Below, piece by piece: positions 17,901-26,231 of a stretch of 32,000 nt of DNA. A program made the translations under genes and the position numbers. Positions within the stretch are counted from its first letter, which is position 1. Each line of letters opens with the position of its first letter. Source of the DNA: Candidatus Electronema aureum (GTDB taxonomy: Bacteria > Desulfobacterota > Desulfobulbia > Desulfobulbales > Desulfobulbaceae); contig NQJD01000010.1 of NCBI GenBank assembly GCA_004284765.1, positions 30,275-62,274 on the forward strand. Direction: 5' to 3'. The notes under the pieces are model-generated. The model was not told the DNA's origin. It saw nothing but the letters and a program-made list of their open reading frames with translations, and did not search any database.

Positions 17901-18360
17901 TGATAACAAGGCTAATCGTTTTCTCGCCACTACTATGTTACAGCGTGATCGTCACCAAATTGTCGAGGCCAACGACGGGGTAGAGGCTCTTAATATGCTG
18001 CTGCATCACCAGTTCGATTTAGTGTTGATGGATGTGCAGATGCCGATCATGGACGGTTTGGCCGCGACCAAGATCATTCGCGCCTGCGAGCAGGAATCGT
18101 GCTGTCTGTCTGGCTTGGAGATGCCAGAAGAATTCTGCGAGGAATTGCATCGCCGCCTGAAAGGTAGTCATCTGCTGATAGTTGCCTTGACCGCTAATAA
18201 CGTGAAAGAAGACAAGCACCTTTGCTTGGCTGCTGGCATGGATGCTTACAATCTCAAGCCCTTAGCAATCAATGATATTTATCGGACGGTTCAGCAGTTA
18301 TACTGCCACCGAAAAAACGCGCTGTCGTCATCAGTCTGCATGTGCATGGCGGAACAATAA
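14932..18360 (+). CDS. Hybrid sensor histidine kinase: TM, ~280-aa extracytoplasmic domain, TM, PAS domains, HisKA, HATPase, REC (no Hpt)
   Basis: H-box ISHEIRTPMN; N-box LLNNSIKFS; DKGIGI; SGTGLGLTIC; REC LVLMDVQMPIMDG...LKP. It is paralogous to the first kinase through the PAS-HisKA region (SQAVEQS...VITD...YVN..F..LTG). Confidence 0.9.
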   Translation: MKKNSTLFIRYAMMAAGLVGLVLLGGMFVVYNHRQHLTQDVKIYRYALAQEAEALRQTYNQLISISNLLVKNPVVINSLDRHLNGQEATEIATGMVDRNLEAIAAIENVSSVFLVSLDGACLYSSQKEQVGKNYSESNYVRNTLRTGSGLYAMMNVASGRTGLYYAQAIKNGSLRIGVAVLEIRPSFFYLHSFTTPFTEETPQSSDVRIGLSTDSNILLNTTEGSLVSIQPLPDDFLPKALPPQSVIQSLDFPNYNKEALISSGFLKLKSNTGSTYYFFHQAIVSRSLSLIHIISKDWFHRNYHPASSDYSGYLIMLGGMLSVMLGLLWMVNRRHSQVLLAAETLKNEAEQRIVDKEKYEAIINRNPQGFWLNDFTTGIILEVNQSLCQLLGLEAEDIVGHYPDEFIIRSEEENTNTYTESRYQGDISCEGKLRLRSQVANVLINSSCILVPGYADRICFSFFADISERKKEQEQLFLFSQAVEQSTSAIVITDQYACIAYVNSAFTELTGWSRDEIHGTDPALLTAGERDTALSQEIWQKITNGGTWKGFLLGRKKDGSTYWEGQTVCPLYDDKGRITYYLAIKNDITQRLELERKFKAQLAKLELMVEHAAIGIAHVVEHQFAWASRAAVEMFGYTDWEDIASLPLAVIFENEEAHQNTLRLSQELFAQDQIFHADQQMRRRDGSLFWCSLTGKIIDPLAPEQGAVWLTKDISRQKEEERQLQLAKERAEQANQAKNDFLANISHEIRTPMNAILGMSDLALKSNLNEEQQKYITTVNEAAASLMGLLNDILDFSKIESPSFQLEPAPFKLERTVNDAVQTFKYPAEKKGLCLRWVIEPDVPAFVEGDALRLQQILVKLLNNSIKFSEQGRVVVRVAVQERDAENIVLMFQVSDKGIGIAKDKQETIFDLFVQVDTSLRRENSGTGLGLTICRKLCELMGGTISVESELGQGSVFTFTARLKNISGETAAEMEDVVNRIGTLRVLVVDDNKANRFLATTMLQRDRHQIVEANDGVEALNMLLHHQFDLVLMDVQMPIMDGLAATKIIRACEQESCCLSGLEMPEEFCEELHRRLKGSHLLIVALTANNVKEDKHLCLAAGMDAYNLKPLAINDIYRTVQQLYCHRKNALSSSVCMCMAEQ

Positions 18361-18378
18361 CAGACCAAAGGTGCTGCA

Positions 18379-18738
18379 ATGGTGGAAACGAAAGAAAAAA
18401 AGAGCGACAATCTGGTGACAAAAGTTGCCGAACATCTCAAAAATATATACAGTCTCAACCCAGAGCAGGTAGAGCAGATGGTGCAGATTTCGGCCAGCTC
18501 GATCAGCGAGAGTTTAGTCGAGGCCCGGCAGAACGTTGCCGCAGGTGATCTGGTCGCTCTTTCTGGTCAAGGTCACAAGGTTAAAGGGGTACTGCTCGGC
18601 ATCGGCCTCAATGAGGAAGCTGAGATAGCCCGACAAATTGAATTGAACGGTCGAGAGGGCAAAGAGATGGATTATAGTTTGCTGATCGACCAACTGGAAG
18701 CAAGGACGCAGCCTCTGTTGGCTCTCTGTGGAGACTGA
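18379..18738 (+). CDS. Stand-alone Hpt phosphotransfer protein
   Basis: It is 119 aa and carries GHKVKGVLLGIGL (the Hpt H-K-x-K-G motif). It sits 18 nt after the Hpt-less hybrid kinase. Confidence 0.75.
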   Translation: MVETKEKKSDNLVTKVAEHLKNIYSLNPEQVEQMVQISASSISESLVEARQNVAAGDLVALSGQGHKVKGVLLGIGLNEEAEIARQIELNGREGKEMDYSLLIDQLEARTQPLLALCGD

Positions 18739-18744
18739 AATCAG

Positions 18745-19902
18745 ATGAAATTGATTTTTTGCGAGGAGTGCGGCGGGCGGAATAACGTCAAGGACGAGCT
18801 GTTAGAGAATATCGACAGCCAGCCGATTGTCTGCCAGTTCTGCGGTAATGTGATGTCCAAAGAGACGATCATACCGCATAAGTTTCCGGCAAAAACGATC
18901 AATACCCTGCATTATCATTTACTCTTTATTGATGATGACGTATTTCATCTCCAGTTGATGAAGAAAACGCTGGAAAAAGAGTACATGGTTTCCATCGCCT
19001 CTACTGGCATCCACGGTCTTGATTTGGCGGCGGAGCGGCAGCCTGATTTGATTTTACTCGACTTGAACATGCCGGGCATGGACGGTTATGAGGTTTGCAA
19101 ACGACTCAAGGAAAATCCAGCCACTCGTAAAATTGCAGTCATTTTTGTCAGCGCACGCGACCGCGAGGACGATGAGTGCCGTGGCTTCGGCCTCGGCGCG
19201 GTGGATTACATCAGCAAGCCGATCAACCTCCAGATTCTCAATGCCCGAATTATGGTGCAGCTCCGCATTCGGCAGCTGCTCCAGCAGCAGAAACAGCAGG
19301 CGGACAGCATGATTCAGTCTCTCCAGCAAAATAGCATGGAAGTTGAGACTGAGCAGGAGCGACTCAAGCGAGAGAACACCGGTCTGATGGCCATTCTTGA
19401 CAGCTTGCCAGAAAAAGTGCTGATTGAGGACAAAGGGCGACGGATATCTTGGGCCAACCGACTCGCGTTGGAAATGTGCGGAATACAGCTCAACGAGATA
19501 GCTGGCCGAAGTAGCGCGGAAATCCTCAGTCGCAGCCATGCAGCCTGTGACGAATGTCTGCCCGACGCGGCTCCGCAGCTGCCCCGCTTTGTTCATCTGC
19601 CGCTGTTTGACGAAGACGGCGAACCAGAAGGCACGGCCCATATTCTGTCTGAAGACAGAGAGCATCCGGCCCAACTGTGCCAAGCAGCGGAATCAGCCAT
19701 CAACAGCTTTATCGACACGAACCGGCAGGCAATCCGAGAAAGCCTTGCCACTATCCTGTTCGGCATCGACGCTATCGGCAGTATACTGAGAAACAATAAA
19801 GAATTTGAGACAATAGGCCGTCCTGTGATCAAAGCAGCAGAGCAATTAGACCAAATGGTTTGCTCGTTGCTGGATTTTGAACGGCGGGACAAGGACGACT
19901 AA
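18745..19902 (+). CDS. Response regulator: N-terminal CxxC...CxxC zinc ribbon, REC, Q-rich coiled coil, PAS-like region, and a degenerate DHp-like C-terminus
   Basis: Zinc ribbon: FCEECGG...VCQFCGN. REC: LLFIDDD...LILLDLNMPGMDG...SKP. The C-terminus FIDTNRQAIRESLATILFGIDAI...AAEQLDQMVCSLLDFER resembles a HisKA helix pair with Q328 where the phospho-His normally sits. No ATPase domain follows. Confidence 0.8.
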   Translation: MKLIFCEECGGRNNVKDELLENIDSQPIVCQFCGNVMSKETIIPHKFPAKTINTLHYHLLFIDDDVFHLQLMKKTLEKEYMVSIASTGIHGLDLAAERQPDLILLDLNMPGMDGYEVCKRLKENPATRKIAVIFVSARDREDDECRGFGLGAVDYISKPINLQILNARIMVQLRIRQLLQQQKQQADSMIQSLQQNSMEVETEQERLKRENTGLMAILDSLPEKVLIEDKGRRISWANRLALEMCGIQLNEIAGRSSAEILSRSHAACDECLPDAAPQLPRFVHLPLFDEDGEPEGTAHILSEDREHPAQLCQAAESAINSFIDTNRQAIRESLATILFGIDAIGSILRNNKEFETIGRPVIKAAEQLDQMVCSLLDFERRDKDD

Positions 19903-19942
19903 TCCGCTCCCTTTTGACCAACTCCTTTCAGCCGCATGAAAC

Positions 19943-20635
19943 ATGAAAAATGTGCTTATAGTGGATGATGATCTGGGCTTTCAGCGTTTGCTGGGGATCA
20001 GTCTCAAAAAATACAAACAGGATTTTGAAATCATTCTTTCCAACAACGGCGAGGAGGCCATTGGTGTACTGAATCGCAAGCCGGTTGATCTGATTATTAC
20101 CGATCTCCAGATGCCGAAAATTGATGGGCTGACGTTGCTCGCCTACATCAATGACGCATTTCCAAAAACGCCTTGTGTGATCATGACTGCTCACTCCACG
20201 CCGGATATCGAGAAGCAGTTCGGGCAAACTGGTCAGTTATTGCTGAAAAAACCCTTCACCATCAACAAATTGGTGGAAGCGATTCAGAATGCGTTGGCCA
20301 AGCCGAAATCAGCGGACGGGATGCTGAAAGGTATTTCTGTGGCTAATTTTCTCCAGATGATTGCCTTAGAACAGAAGACCTGTCTGCTCGAAATCACGGC
20401 ACCTGATCAGGAAAAAGGCTTTTTCTACATTGAAAACGGCGAAGTCTATGATGCAGCTTTTCAAGGACTGACTGGCGAAGAGGCCGCCTACGTCCTGATT
20501 GCCGTGGAAGGCGCGAGCATTCGTTTTACCGACATCCCGGCCAATAAGAAAATGAAAAAACGCATTCAAGCAAGTCTGATGGCCCTGATCATGGAGGCCA
20601 TGACCCGCAAGGATGAAACGATTGGTAACTCCTGA
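19943..20635 (+). CDS. Response regulator, REC plus DUF4388 (PATAN-type) domain
   Basis: REC: VLIVDDD...LIITDLQMPKIDG...LKKP. DUF4388-like: GMLKGISVANFLQMIALEQKTCLLEI...GFFYIENGEVYDAAF. Confidence 0.85.
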   Translation: MKNVLIVDDDLGFQRLLGISLKKYKQDFEIILSNNGEEAIGVLNRKPVDLIITDLQMPKIDGLTLLAYINDAFPKTPCVIMTAHSTPDIEKQFGQTGQLLLKKPFTINKLVEAIQNALAKPKSADGMLKGISVANFLQMIALEQKTCLLEITAPDQEKGFFYIENGEVYDAAFQGLTGEEAAYVLIAVEGASIRFTDIPANKKMKKRIQASLMALIMEAMTRKDETIGNS

Positions 20636-22361
20636 ACCGGCGGCGGTGCCCGACCGCAGTGTTGACGAAACTCCCTCCTATATCTTGATCGTTGATGACC
20701 GGCACAGCGATCTCCGCCTGTTAGAGGCCATACTCAAAGGTCATGGCTACCGTTCGTTGTCCCTCACCAACCCCACCAAGGTGTTGAAGCAGTGCCACAG
20801 CGAGCCGCCAGAAATCATTCTGTTGGATATCAGTATGCCGGAGTTAGACGGCTTTCAGGTCTGCGCCCAGCTCAAGGCTGATCCGCAGTTAGCGGATATT
20901 CCGGTGCTGTTTCTCACTGCCATGCGCGATGTGGCCAACCGGATACGCGGTTTTAAAGCAGGTGGTTCGGATTTTTTGATTAAGCCCTACGAGCCGTCAG
21001 AGCTGATTGCTCGGGTTTCTACACATATCAAGCTGCGCAAGATTCAGCTTGAATTAGCCGGGCGTAATCAAGAACTCAAAGAGAAAATCAGCGATTTAGA
21101 ACGTACTCACGCGGCCTTGCTCAAGAGTGAAGCTCGCACCGAGGCAGTGTTGAACAACGCGGGCGTGTGCATCGGCGTGTTAGATGTCGGCTGCACGTAC
21201 CAGAAAGTCAACGGCATGTATGCACAGATTTTTGGCTACACGCCAGAAGAGTTCCGTTCCATGCGGCTCTGGGATATTCTCCACCCAGATTTTGCCGACC
21301 AAGCTCAAGAGACGGTTGCCCGGCTCCGTGGCGGCGAGTTAGAACAGCATTATGCGGACAAAGTTTTTGTTCGCAAGGATGGAACTCAGTTTCCCGGCGG
21401 CCATTGGCTCAGTCCGCAGCGGGACAGTGATGGCAGGTGCAGCGGCTTTGTTTGCGTGATCAGTGATTTAACAAAGCAGAAAGAGGCGGAATACAAGCTG
21501 CGACTCGCGCATACCGTTTTTGAAACCAGCTCCGAAGGAATGTTGGTCACAGATGCGAACAATTGCATTATCATGGTCAATCCGGCCTTCACTGCTATCA
21601 CCGGCTACCGGAGCGAAGAGGTTATCGGGCGACAGCCCTCGTTCCAACATTCTGAACGTCATGATCAAGAATTCTACCACCAAATGTGGGATGAGCTACT
21701 GGTCAACGGTCGGTGGCAGGGAGAGATCTGGAATTGCCGTCAGAACGGGGATATCTATCCTCTCTGGCTGTCCATCGCCCTGATCCGCAATCAGGAAGGC
21801 AGCATAGTTAATCATGTGGCTCTGTTCTGCGACATCAGCGAGCGAAAAAAGGCTGAGGAAATCCTCCGTTATCAGGCCATGCACGATCCGCTGACCAAGC
21901 TGCCTAATCGGGCCATGTTTGATGAGCGGCTGCGCGGTGCGTTGTCGCGTGCCAAGCGGAAGAAGAAGTTAGTTGCCCTGCTTTATTTAGATTTGGACAA
22001 TTTCAAGACTGTCAACGATACCCTTGGCCATTTGGCTGGAGACCGCTTCCTGCAATTGGTCGCAGAAACCATGCAATCCTGTTTGCGGGCTGAAGACATG
22101 GCAGCGCGGCTCGGTGGTGATGAATTCTGCGCTATTTTGGAGGATGTCAGCTCAATCAGCCAAGCAACGGGCATTGCCGAACGCATCATCACCGAACTCG
22201 GTAGCCTTGATTGCTTTCCTGACGGCTGCGGTCTGCGTACCAGTATTGGCATTGCCGTTTATCCCAACCACGGCATCGACGCGGAGAGTCTGCTTCGCTG
22301 TGCTGACCACGCCATGTACACAGCCAAACGACTCGGTAAAGGCCGCTGTCAGATGGCATAG
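20613..22361 (+). CDS. Response regulator / diguanylate cyclase: REC, coiled coil, 2 PAS, GGDEF
   Basis: REC: ILIVDDR...IILLDISMPELDG...IKP. The catalytic domain has an intact RLGGDEF with an RAED (RxxD I-site) 5 residues upstream. It overlaps the previous gene by 23 nt. Confidence 0.9.
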   Translation: MKRLVTPEPAAVPDRSVDETPSYILIVDDRHSDLRLLEAILKGHGYRSLSLTNPTKVLKQCHSEPPEIILLDISMPELDGFQVCAQLKADPQLADIPVLFLTAMRDVANRIRGFKAGGSDFLIKPYEPSELIARVSTHIKLRKIQLELAGRNQELKEKISDLERTHAALLKSEARTEAVLNNAGVCIGVLDVGCTYQKVNGMYAQIFGYTPEEFRSMRLWDILHPDFADQAQETVARLRGGELEQHYADKVFVRKDGTQFPGGHWLSPQRDSDGRCSGFVCVISDLTKQKEAEYKLRLAHTVFETSSEGMLVTDANNCIIMVNPAFTAITGYRSEEVIGRQPSFQHSERHDQEFYHQMWDELLVNGRWQGEIWNCRQNGDIYPLWLSIALIRNQEGSIVNHVALFCDISERKKAEEILRYQAMHDPLTKLPNRAMFDERLRGALSRAKRKKKLVALLYLDLDNFKTVNDTLGHLAGDRFLQLVAETMQSCLRAEDMAARLGGDEFCAILEDVSSISQATGIAERIITELGSLDCFPDGCGLRTSIGIAVYPNHGIDAESLLRCADHAMYTAKRLGKGRCQMA

Positions 22362-22369
22362 AGAAGAAC

Positions 22370-22813
22370 TCACTCATTGTGCGCTCCTGCCTGAGCCGCC
22401 AGCAAGAGGGTACGCACGATCTTATATTCTTCTAACCGGGCCATATCTTTCGCTGTTGGCTGCGCAATACGGCTGACATCCATATTCTCGCTGTTGTCGG
22501 CTAACTTGACTGTCAAGGCGATGGCGTTCTCTGCCGCTCGTGCTGCGGCCTCACGTCGTGACTCCCCTGGCAGTTTCGTCAATGCCTGTACCGCATCAAT
22601 CACAACAGGCGGGAAGCCTTCAGCGATCAGCTGTGCAAGCGTCACCGAGCTGTCCTCAACTACATCGTGCAGAACAGCGGCTATGCGTTCATGTTCACCC
22701 TGAACACGCAGCATAACCCGCAACGGATGAAGAATGTAAGGCTGACCGGCTTTGTCGATCTGACCTGCGTGGGCTGCTGCGGCAATCTGAAGAGCGCGTT
22801 CAAGGGTTGACAT
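22370..22813 (-). CDS. Small HD-domain phosphohydrolase, similar to the RelA/SpoT hydrolase domain (small alarmone hydrolase-like)
   Basis: The sequence AHAGQIDKAGQPYILHPLRV...AAVLHDVVEDS...KLAD matches the (p)ppGpp-hydrolase HD-domain pattern. At 147 aa it has no synthetase domain. Confidence 0.75.
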   Translation of the reverse strand: MSTLERALQIAAAAHAGQIDKAGQPYILHPLRVMLRVQGEHERIAAVLHDVVEDSSVTLAQLIAEGFPPVVIDAVQALTKLPGESRREAAARAAENAIALTVKLADNSENMDVSRIAQPTAKDMARLEEYKIVRTLLLAAQAGAHNE

Positions 22814-23671
22814 TTATCGTTTTTTTCCTTGGGCTACACGGGGGCGACCAACCCAATCTGGGATGATCTCAATCTGCTCAAACGCACCCGTTTGCAGCAA
22901 GGCCGCTTTCACGTCTGCTTCAAGATCAGCCCCGATCTCCATAAACAACCAACCACCGGGCCGCAGGTGCCGCGCCCCCTGCGTGCAGATTAGGTCAATG
23001 ATTTCCATACCTGAAGTGCCGCCAGAGAGGGCTAACTGCGGCTCCCAGTCGCGTACTTCCGGCTCAAGAGTAGGAATGTCATTTGCCTTTATGTACGGAG
23101 GATTACTGACGATCAAGTCAAACTGTGCTTCCGGGCGCAAGGCAGTGAGCAAATCAGCGCAGAGGAAGCTAATGAGGCTTTCTAACTGATGACGGAGGAC
23201 ATTGTTTCGTGCTACCGAGAGGGCTGCCAAGGAGCAGTCGAGCGCAGTCACTGTGGCATGAGGTAACTCCTTTGCCAAGACCGTCGCAATCACTCCGCTG
23301 CCAGTACAAAGATCAAGTATCTGCTGCGGCTGGCATTGCTCCACAGCTAAGACAGCCAACACATGTTCGAGGAGAAACTCGGTCTCTGGGCGGGGAATCA
23401 GCACCGCCGCGTTGACAAGGAAGGTCAGCGACCAGAACTCGCAACTGCCGGTGATATACTGGAGGGGTTCGCGTTGGCAGCGACGGCGCAACAGCTCATG
23501 GAACTGCCGCGCTTGCTCCGGTGTTACCTCGTGCTTGTGAAGAAGAAACAAGCCACTCCGAGACACGCTCAGGCAATGCCGCAACAGCAGCTCTGCCTCC
23601 AAATGGCTGTCTTCTACTCCAGCCTGAGCCAGAGCGGCAGCTGCTGTTGCCAGAAGGGAATAGAAAGTCAA
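22814..23671 (-). CDS. prmC: Release factor glutamine N5-methyltransferase
   Basis: SAM motif ILDLCTGSG, catalytic VSNPPYI, and overall HemK/PrmC collinearity. The only in-frame start near the N-terminus is a TTG at 23671, so the start is uncertain. Confidence 0.85.
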   Translation of the reverse strand: MTFYSLLATAAAALAQAGVEDSHLEAELLLRHCLSVSRSGLFLLHKHEVTPEQARQFHELLRRRCQREPLQYITGSCEFWSLTFLVNAAVLIPRPETEFLLEHVLAVLAVEQCQPQQILDLCTGSGVIATVLAKELPHATVTALDCSLAALSVARNNVLRHQLESLISFLCADLLTALRPEAQFDLIVSNPPYIKANDIPTLEPEVRDWEPQLALSGGTSGMEIIDLICTQGARHLRPGGWLFMEIGADLEADVKAALLQTGAFEQIEIIPDWVGRPRVAQGKKR

Positions 23672-23691
23672 GCGAACTGACTACGAGTTGA

Positions 23692-24180
23692 TCACAAGAA
23701 AGAAAGCAGCACTGAAGCCCGCTCTGGTACGAACCGCCTACACCGCACGCCGGATTTGGCAAACATGAGTTTAGCCGCCCGAACTGAATCCGTATCCTTG
23801 TATTTATCAGACAGGTAAATGATTTCCCGAATACCGGATTGGATGATCACTTTGCCGCATTCGTTGCAAGGAAAGAGAGCCACATAAATTCGGCAATCAT
23901 GCAAATCGCGCACGGTCGAATTCAGCACCGCGTTCAGCTCGGCATGGCAGACGTAGGGATATTTAGTGTCCAAATACTCGCCTTCGCGGCTCCAAGGTAG
24001 ATCGTCGTCCGAGCAGCCCCAAGGAAAGCCGTTGTAGCCCACGCCGATGATCTTATTCGCCGCGCTGGCTACACAGGCCCCAACTTGGGTGCTGGGGTCT
24101 TTGGAGCGCAGCCCGGAAAGCAGGGCCACGGCCATGAAATATTCATCCCAAGAAAGATAATCTGTGCGCTTGCTGACCAT
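23692..24180 (-). CDS. dCMP deaminase (ComEB/deoxycytidylate deaminase family)
   Basis: Zinc motifs CHAELNA and PCNECGKVI are present. The N-terminus WDEYFM..A.L.S.RS.DP is typical of the family. Confidence 0.9.
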   Translation of the reverse strand: MVSKRTDYLSWDEYFMAVALLSGLRSKDPSTQVGACVASAANKIIGVGYNGFPWGCSDDDLPWSREGEYLDTKYPYVCHAELNAVLNSTVRDLHDCRIYVALFPCNECGKVIIQSGIREIIYLSDKYKDTDSVRAAKLMFAKSGVRCRRFVPERASVLLSFL

Positions 24181-24188
24181 GCTTTACT

Positions 24189-25109
24189 TTACTCCTGCCC
24201 AGCTTGCGCTGCCTTGAACTGCTTGCGTCGTCTCCGCCAGTCGTCCGCGCCCGTGACTTGGCTGACAAAGCGACTGATCGCTTGAAAGTAGTATTTCCCG
24301 CCCACCGCAATCAGCGAGTTGTGATCAGCACCGGGCACAACTTGTAGCTCTTTACTTCGCGCCCCGCATTCGGCGTGCAGTTTCTCTGCCTGCCAAAGCG
24401 GAATCAGCGTATCGCGCTGCCCGTGCAGCAGAAAAGTCGGTTTGGTTACGGTGCTGATTTTACCAGCGTTGTTGAAGGTTTGCTCCTCGTTCATCCCCAC
24501 ATCCTTCAGTTGCTCGCCTAAGCCCAAAGTCTCGGCCAAAGGCAAAGTGAGAGCGAAGCCGCTTTCGATGATCAGCCCGCTGATCTCGGTGTTGTGTGCG
24601 GCAGCAAGTTCAATCGCGCAAGCAGAGCCAAGCGAGCGCCCCATGAGAAAGAGAACAGGACTGTAGCCGTTTTCCTGCAAATACTGCTTGAGCTGGGCGT
24701 AGAGAACACGGCTATCTGCTAGGAGGGTAGAATAAGACGGGCTGCCGCTGCTCCAGCCGTAACCTCGGTAATCAACAACAAGAAAGTTAAGACCAACCTG
24801 CATGTAAAGCGGGCCGATCTCATCGTAGTCAGTGACGATTTCACCATTGCCGTGGAAGAAAAGGATGGTCGGAGCAGCCTTGTCTGCGGTGAACAGGCGA
24901 CAGCCGATGCTGATGCCCGGTTCCACCTCAATGTCGATATCTGCCGCGCCAAGCGGCAGGGCAGTTCTGGCCTCTACGCGGGGACGAAAGAGGACGCGCT
25001 GCACTTCTGGTCGGTTCATGGGATTTCCGTTGATCTCTGAGGGGGATTCCGGGCCGGTGCAGCTCCAAAGCAAAGTGATGAGGATGATCAGACAAAAGCC
25101 TTGCCTCAT
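24189..25109 (-). CDS. Secreted, possibly lipoprotein alpha/beta-fold hydrolase
   Basis: The nucleophile elbow is GRSLG and the fold order is typical (HGNG...GxSxG...D...H). The signal peptide MRQGFCLIILITLLWSC has a lipobox-like Cys. I prefer the ATG at 25109 over the GTG at 25121 used by the ORF track. Confidence 0.75.
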   Translation of the reverse strand: MRQGFCLIILITLLWSCTGPESPSEINGNPMNRPEVQRVLFRPRVEARTALPLGAADIDIEVEPGISIGCRLFTADKAAPTILFFHGNGEIVTDYDEIGPLYMQVGLNFLVVDYRGYGWSSGSPSYSTLLADSRVLYAQLKQYLQENGYSPVLFLMGRSLGSACAIELAAAHNTEISGLIIESGFALTLPLAETLGLGEQLKDVGMNEEQTFNNAGKISTVTKPTFLLHGQRDTLIPLWQAEKLHAECGARSKELQVVPGADHNSLIAVGGKYYFQAISRFVSQVTGADDWRRRRKQFKAAQAGQE

Positions 25110-25117
25110 TGTTACTA

Positions 25118-25948
25118 TCACCGGGCGGATAACTTTCGTTCTTTCTTGCAGATGCCGGGCAGATTAGTCACTTCCGCTGAAAGCTCCTCAATTGATTTGC
25201 CCTCTGTATGCACAATCTGAATGCCATGCTGCATGTAAAGCTGCTCCGACCGTTGCAGCTCGGCTCGACAAGTGACTAACTGCGCGTATTTGCTGCCCCG
25301 ATAGCGTTCTTCCCGAATGCGGTGGAGAAACTGCGGGGTAACAGTTAAACCAACGGCCCGCGTCCGGTTACGGAGGATATCCGTAGGCAGTTCATAGGCA
25401 TCCAAATGGTCGGCAGTCATAGGAAAATTAGCCGCCTTCAGGCCCATGTGGGTGGCGATATAGACGCTAACCGGAGTCTTACCTGTGCGCGAGACCCCGA
25501 TTAGGATGATATCAGCCTGATCATAGCCTTCCGTTTTTTTACCGTCGTCATGCTCCAAGGTGTAGCGGATCGCCTCGACCCGCTTTTCAGTCTTGGCATC
25601 GTCGCGGTTACGATAAAAACCCGGTTGATGGAGAGCTTTAGCCTCCAACGTGTGTTCTAACCGGTCGAGAAAGCCGCCGTAAAGGTCAATAAGCTCTACT
25701 TCGGCAACGGCAAAGACCTGCCGCACCTCCACCTCCATGATCGTGCAGAAGATCAAAGGCTGGAGACCGCCCGATTGCTTCATGATCCGGGCTAAAGTCA
25801 GCTCTGCATCTCGTTTCTCGCGGACAAAGGGAATTTTCTCTTCATTAAAGCCAATCTCTGGAAACTGACAAAGCATCGACCTGCCCATTTCCTCAGCCAG
25901 CAGGGCAGTTGAATCGGAAATATAATAAACATCCTTCGTATTCCACAT
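25118..25948 (-). CDS. ppsR: Kinase/pyrophosphorylase of the PpsR/PDRP family (regulator of PEP synthase or pyruvate phosphate dikinase)
   Basis: YYISDSTALLAE at the N-terminus, the P-loop ILIGVSRTGKTPVS, and the length all fit. The start is either the ATG at 25948 or the GTG at 25957, which overlaps the upstream stop. Confidence 0.85.
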   Translation of the reverse strand: MWNTKDVYYISDSTALLAEEMGRSMLCQFPEIGFNEEKIPFVREKRDAELTLARIMKQSGGLQPLIFCTIMEVEVRQVFAVAEVELIDLYGGFLDRLEHTLEAKALHQPGFYRNRDDAKTEKRVEAIRYTLEHDDGKKTEGYDQADIILIGVSRTGKTPVSVYIATHMGLKAANFPMTADHLDAYELPTDILRNRTRAVGLTVTPQFLHRIREERYRGSKYAQLVTCRAELQRSEQLYMQHGIQIVHTEGKSIEELSAEVTNLPGICKKERKLSAR

Positions 25949-25953
25949 GGCAT

Positions 25954-26226
25954 TCACCGTATTTCGGTTCGTTTATGACAGAACAAGCAGCGGTAGGTCG
26001 GGGGATGATCTTTTGGTAGAGGCATTTTGCCTTCGCCGTGACATTCGCTGCAATGCTTTTCTGCCTCTTTCTTCTCCATTGCCATGAGTTGTTCATGCTT
26101 GTTGTCATGAGGCAGGTGAGCCGTGGTTTCCGGCGGGGCATTCCAGAGAAAGAGAAAGATGCCTGCACAGATGGCAACGAAGAGCAGATTATAGATGAGA
26201 AGGTTCTTCTTTTTGTCTTCTGGCAT
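25954..26226 (-). CDS. Small membrane-anchored diheme c-type cytochrome
   Basis: One N-terminal TM helix (LLIYNLLFVAICAGIFLFLW) is followed by two CxxCH motifs (CSECH, CLFCH). The start is the ATG at 26226 or the GTG at 26235, which overlaps the upstream stop. Confidence 0.7.
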   Translation of the reverse strand: MPEDKKKNLLIYNLLFVAICAGIFLFLWNAPPETTAHLPHDNKHEQLMAMEKKEAEKHCSECHGEGKMPLPKDHPPTYRCLFCHKRTEIR

Positions 26227-26231
26227 GAGAA

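Noticed and set aside
10179-19683. Large antisense ORFs inside the kinase and regulator genes (for example 10626..11192(-), 17136..17930(-), 19054..19683(-))
   Set aside because: Each lies fully inside a plus-strand gene that has unambiguous kinase or REC motifs. Their products are low-complexity and motif-free.
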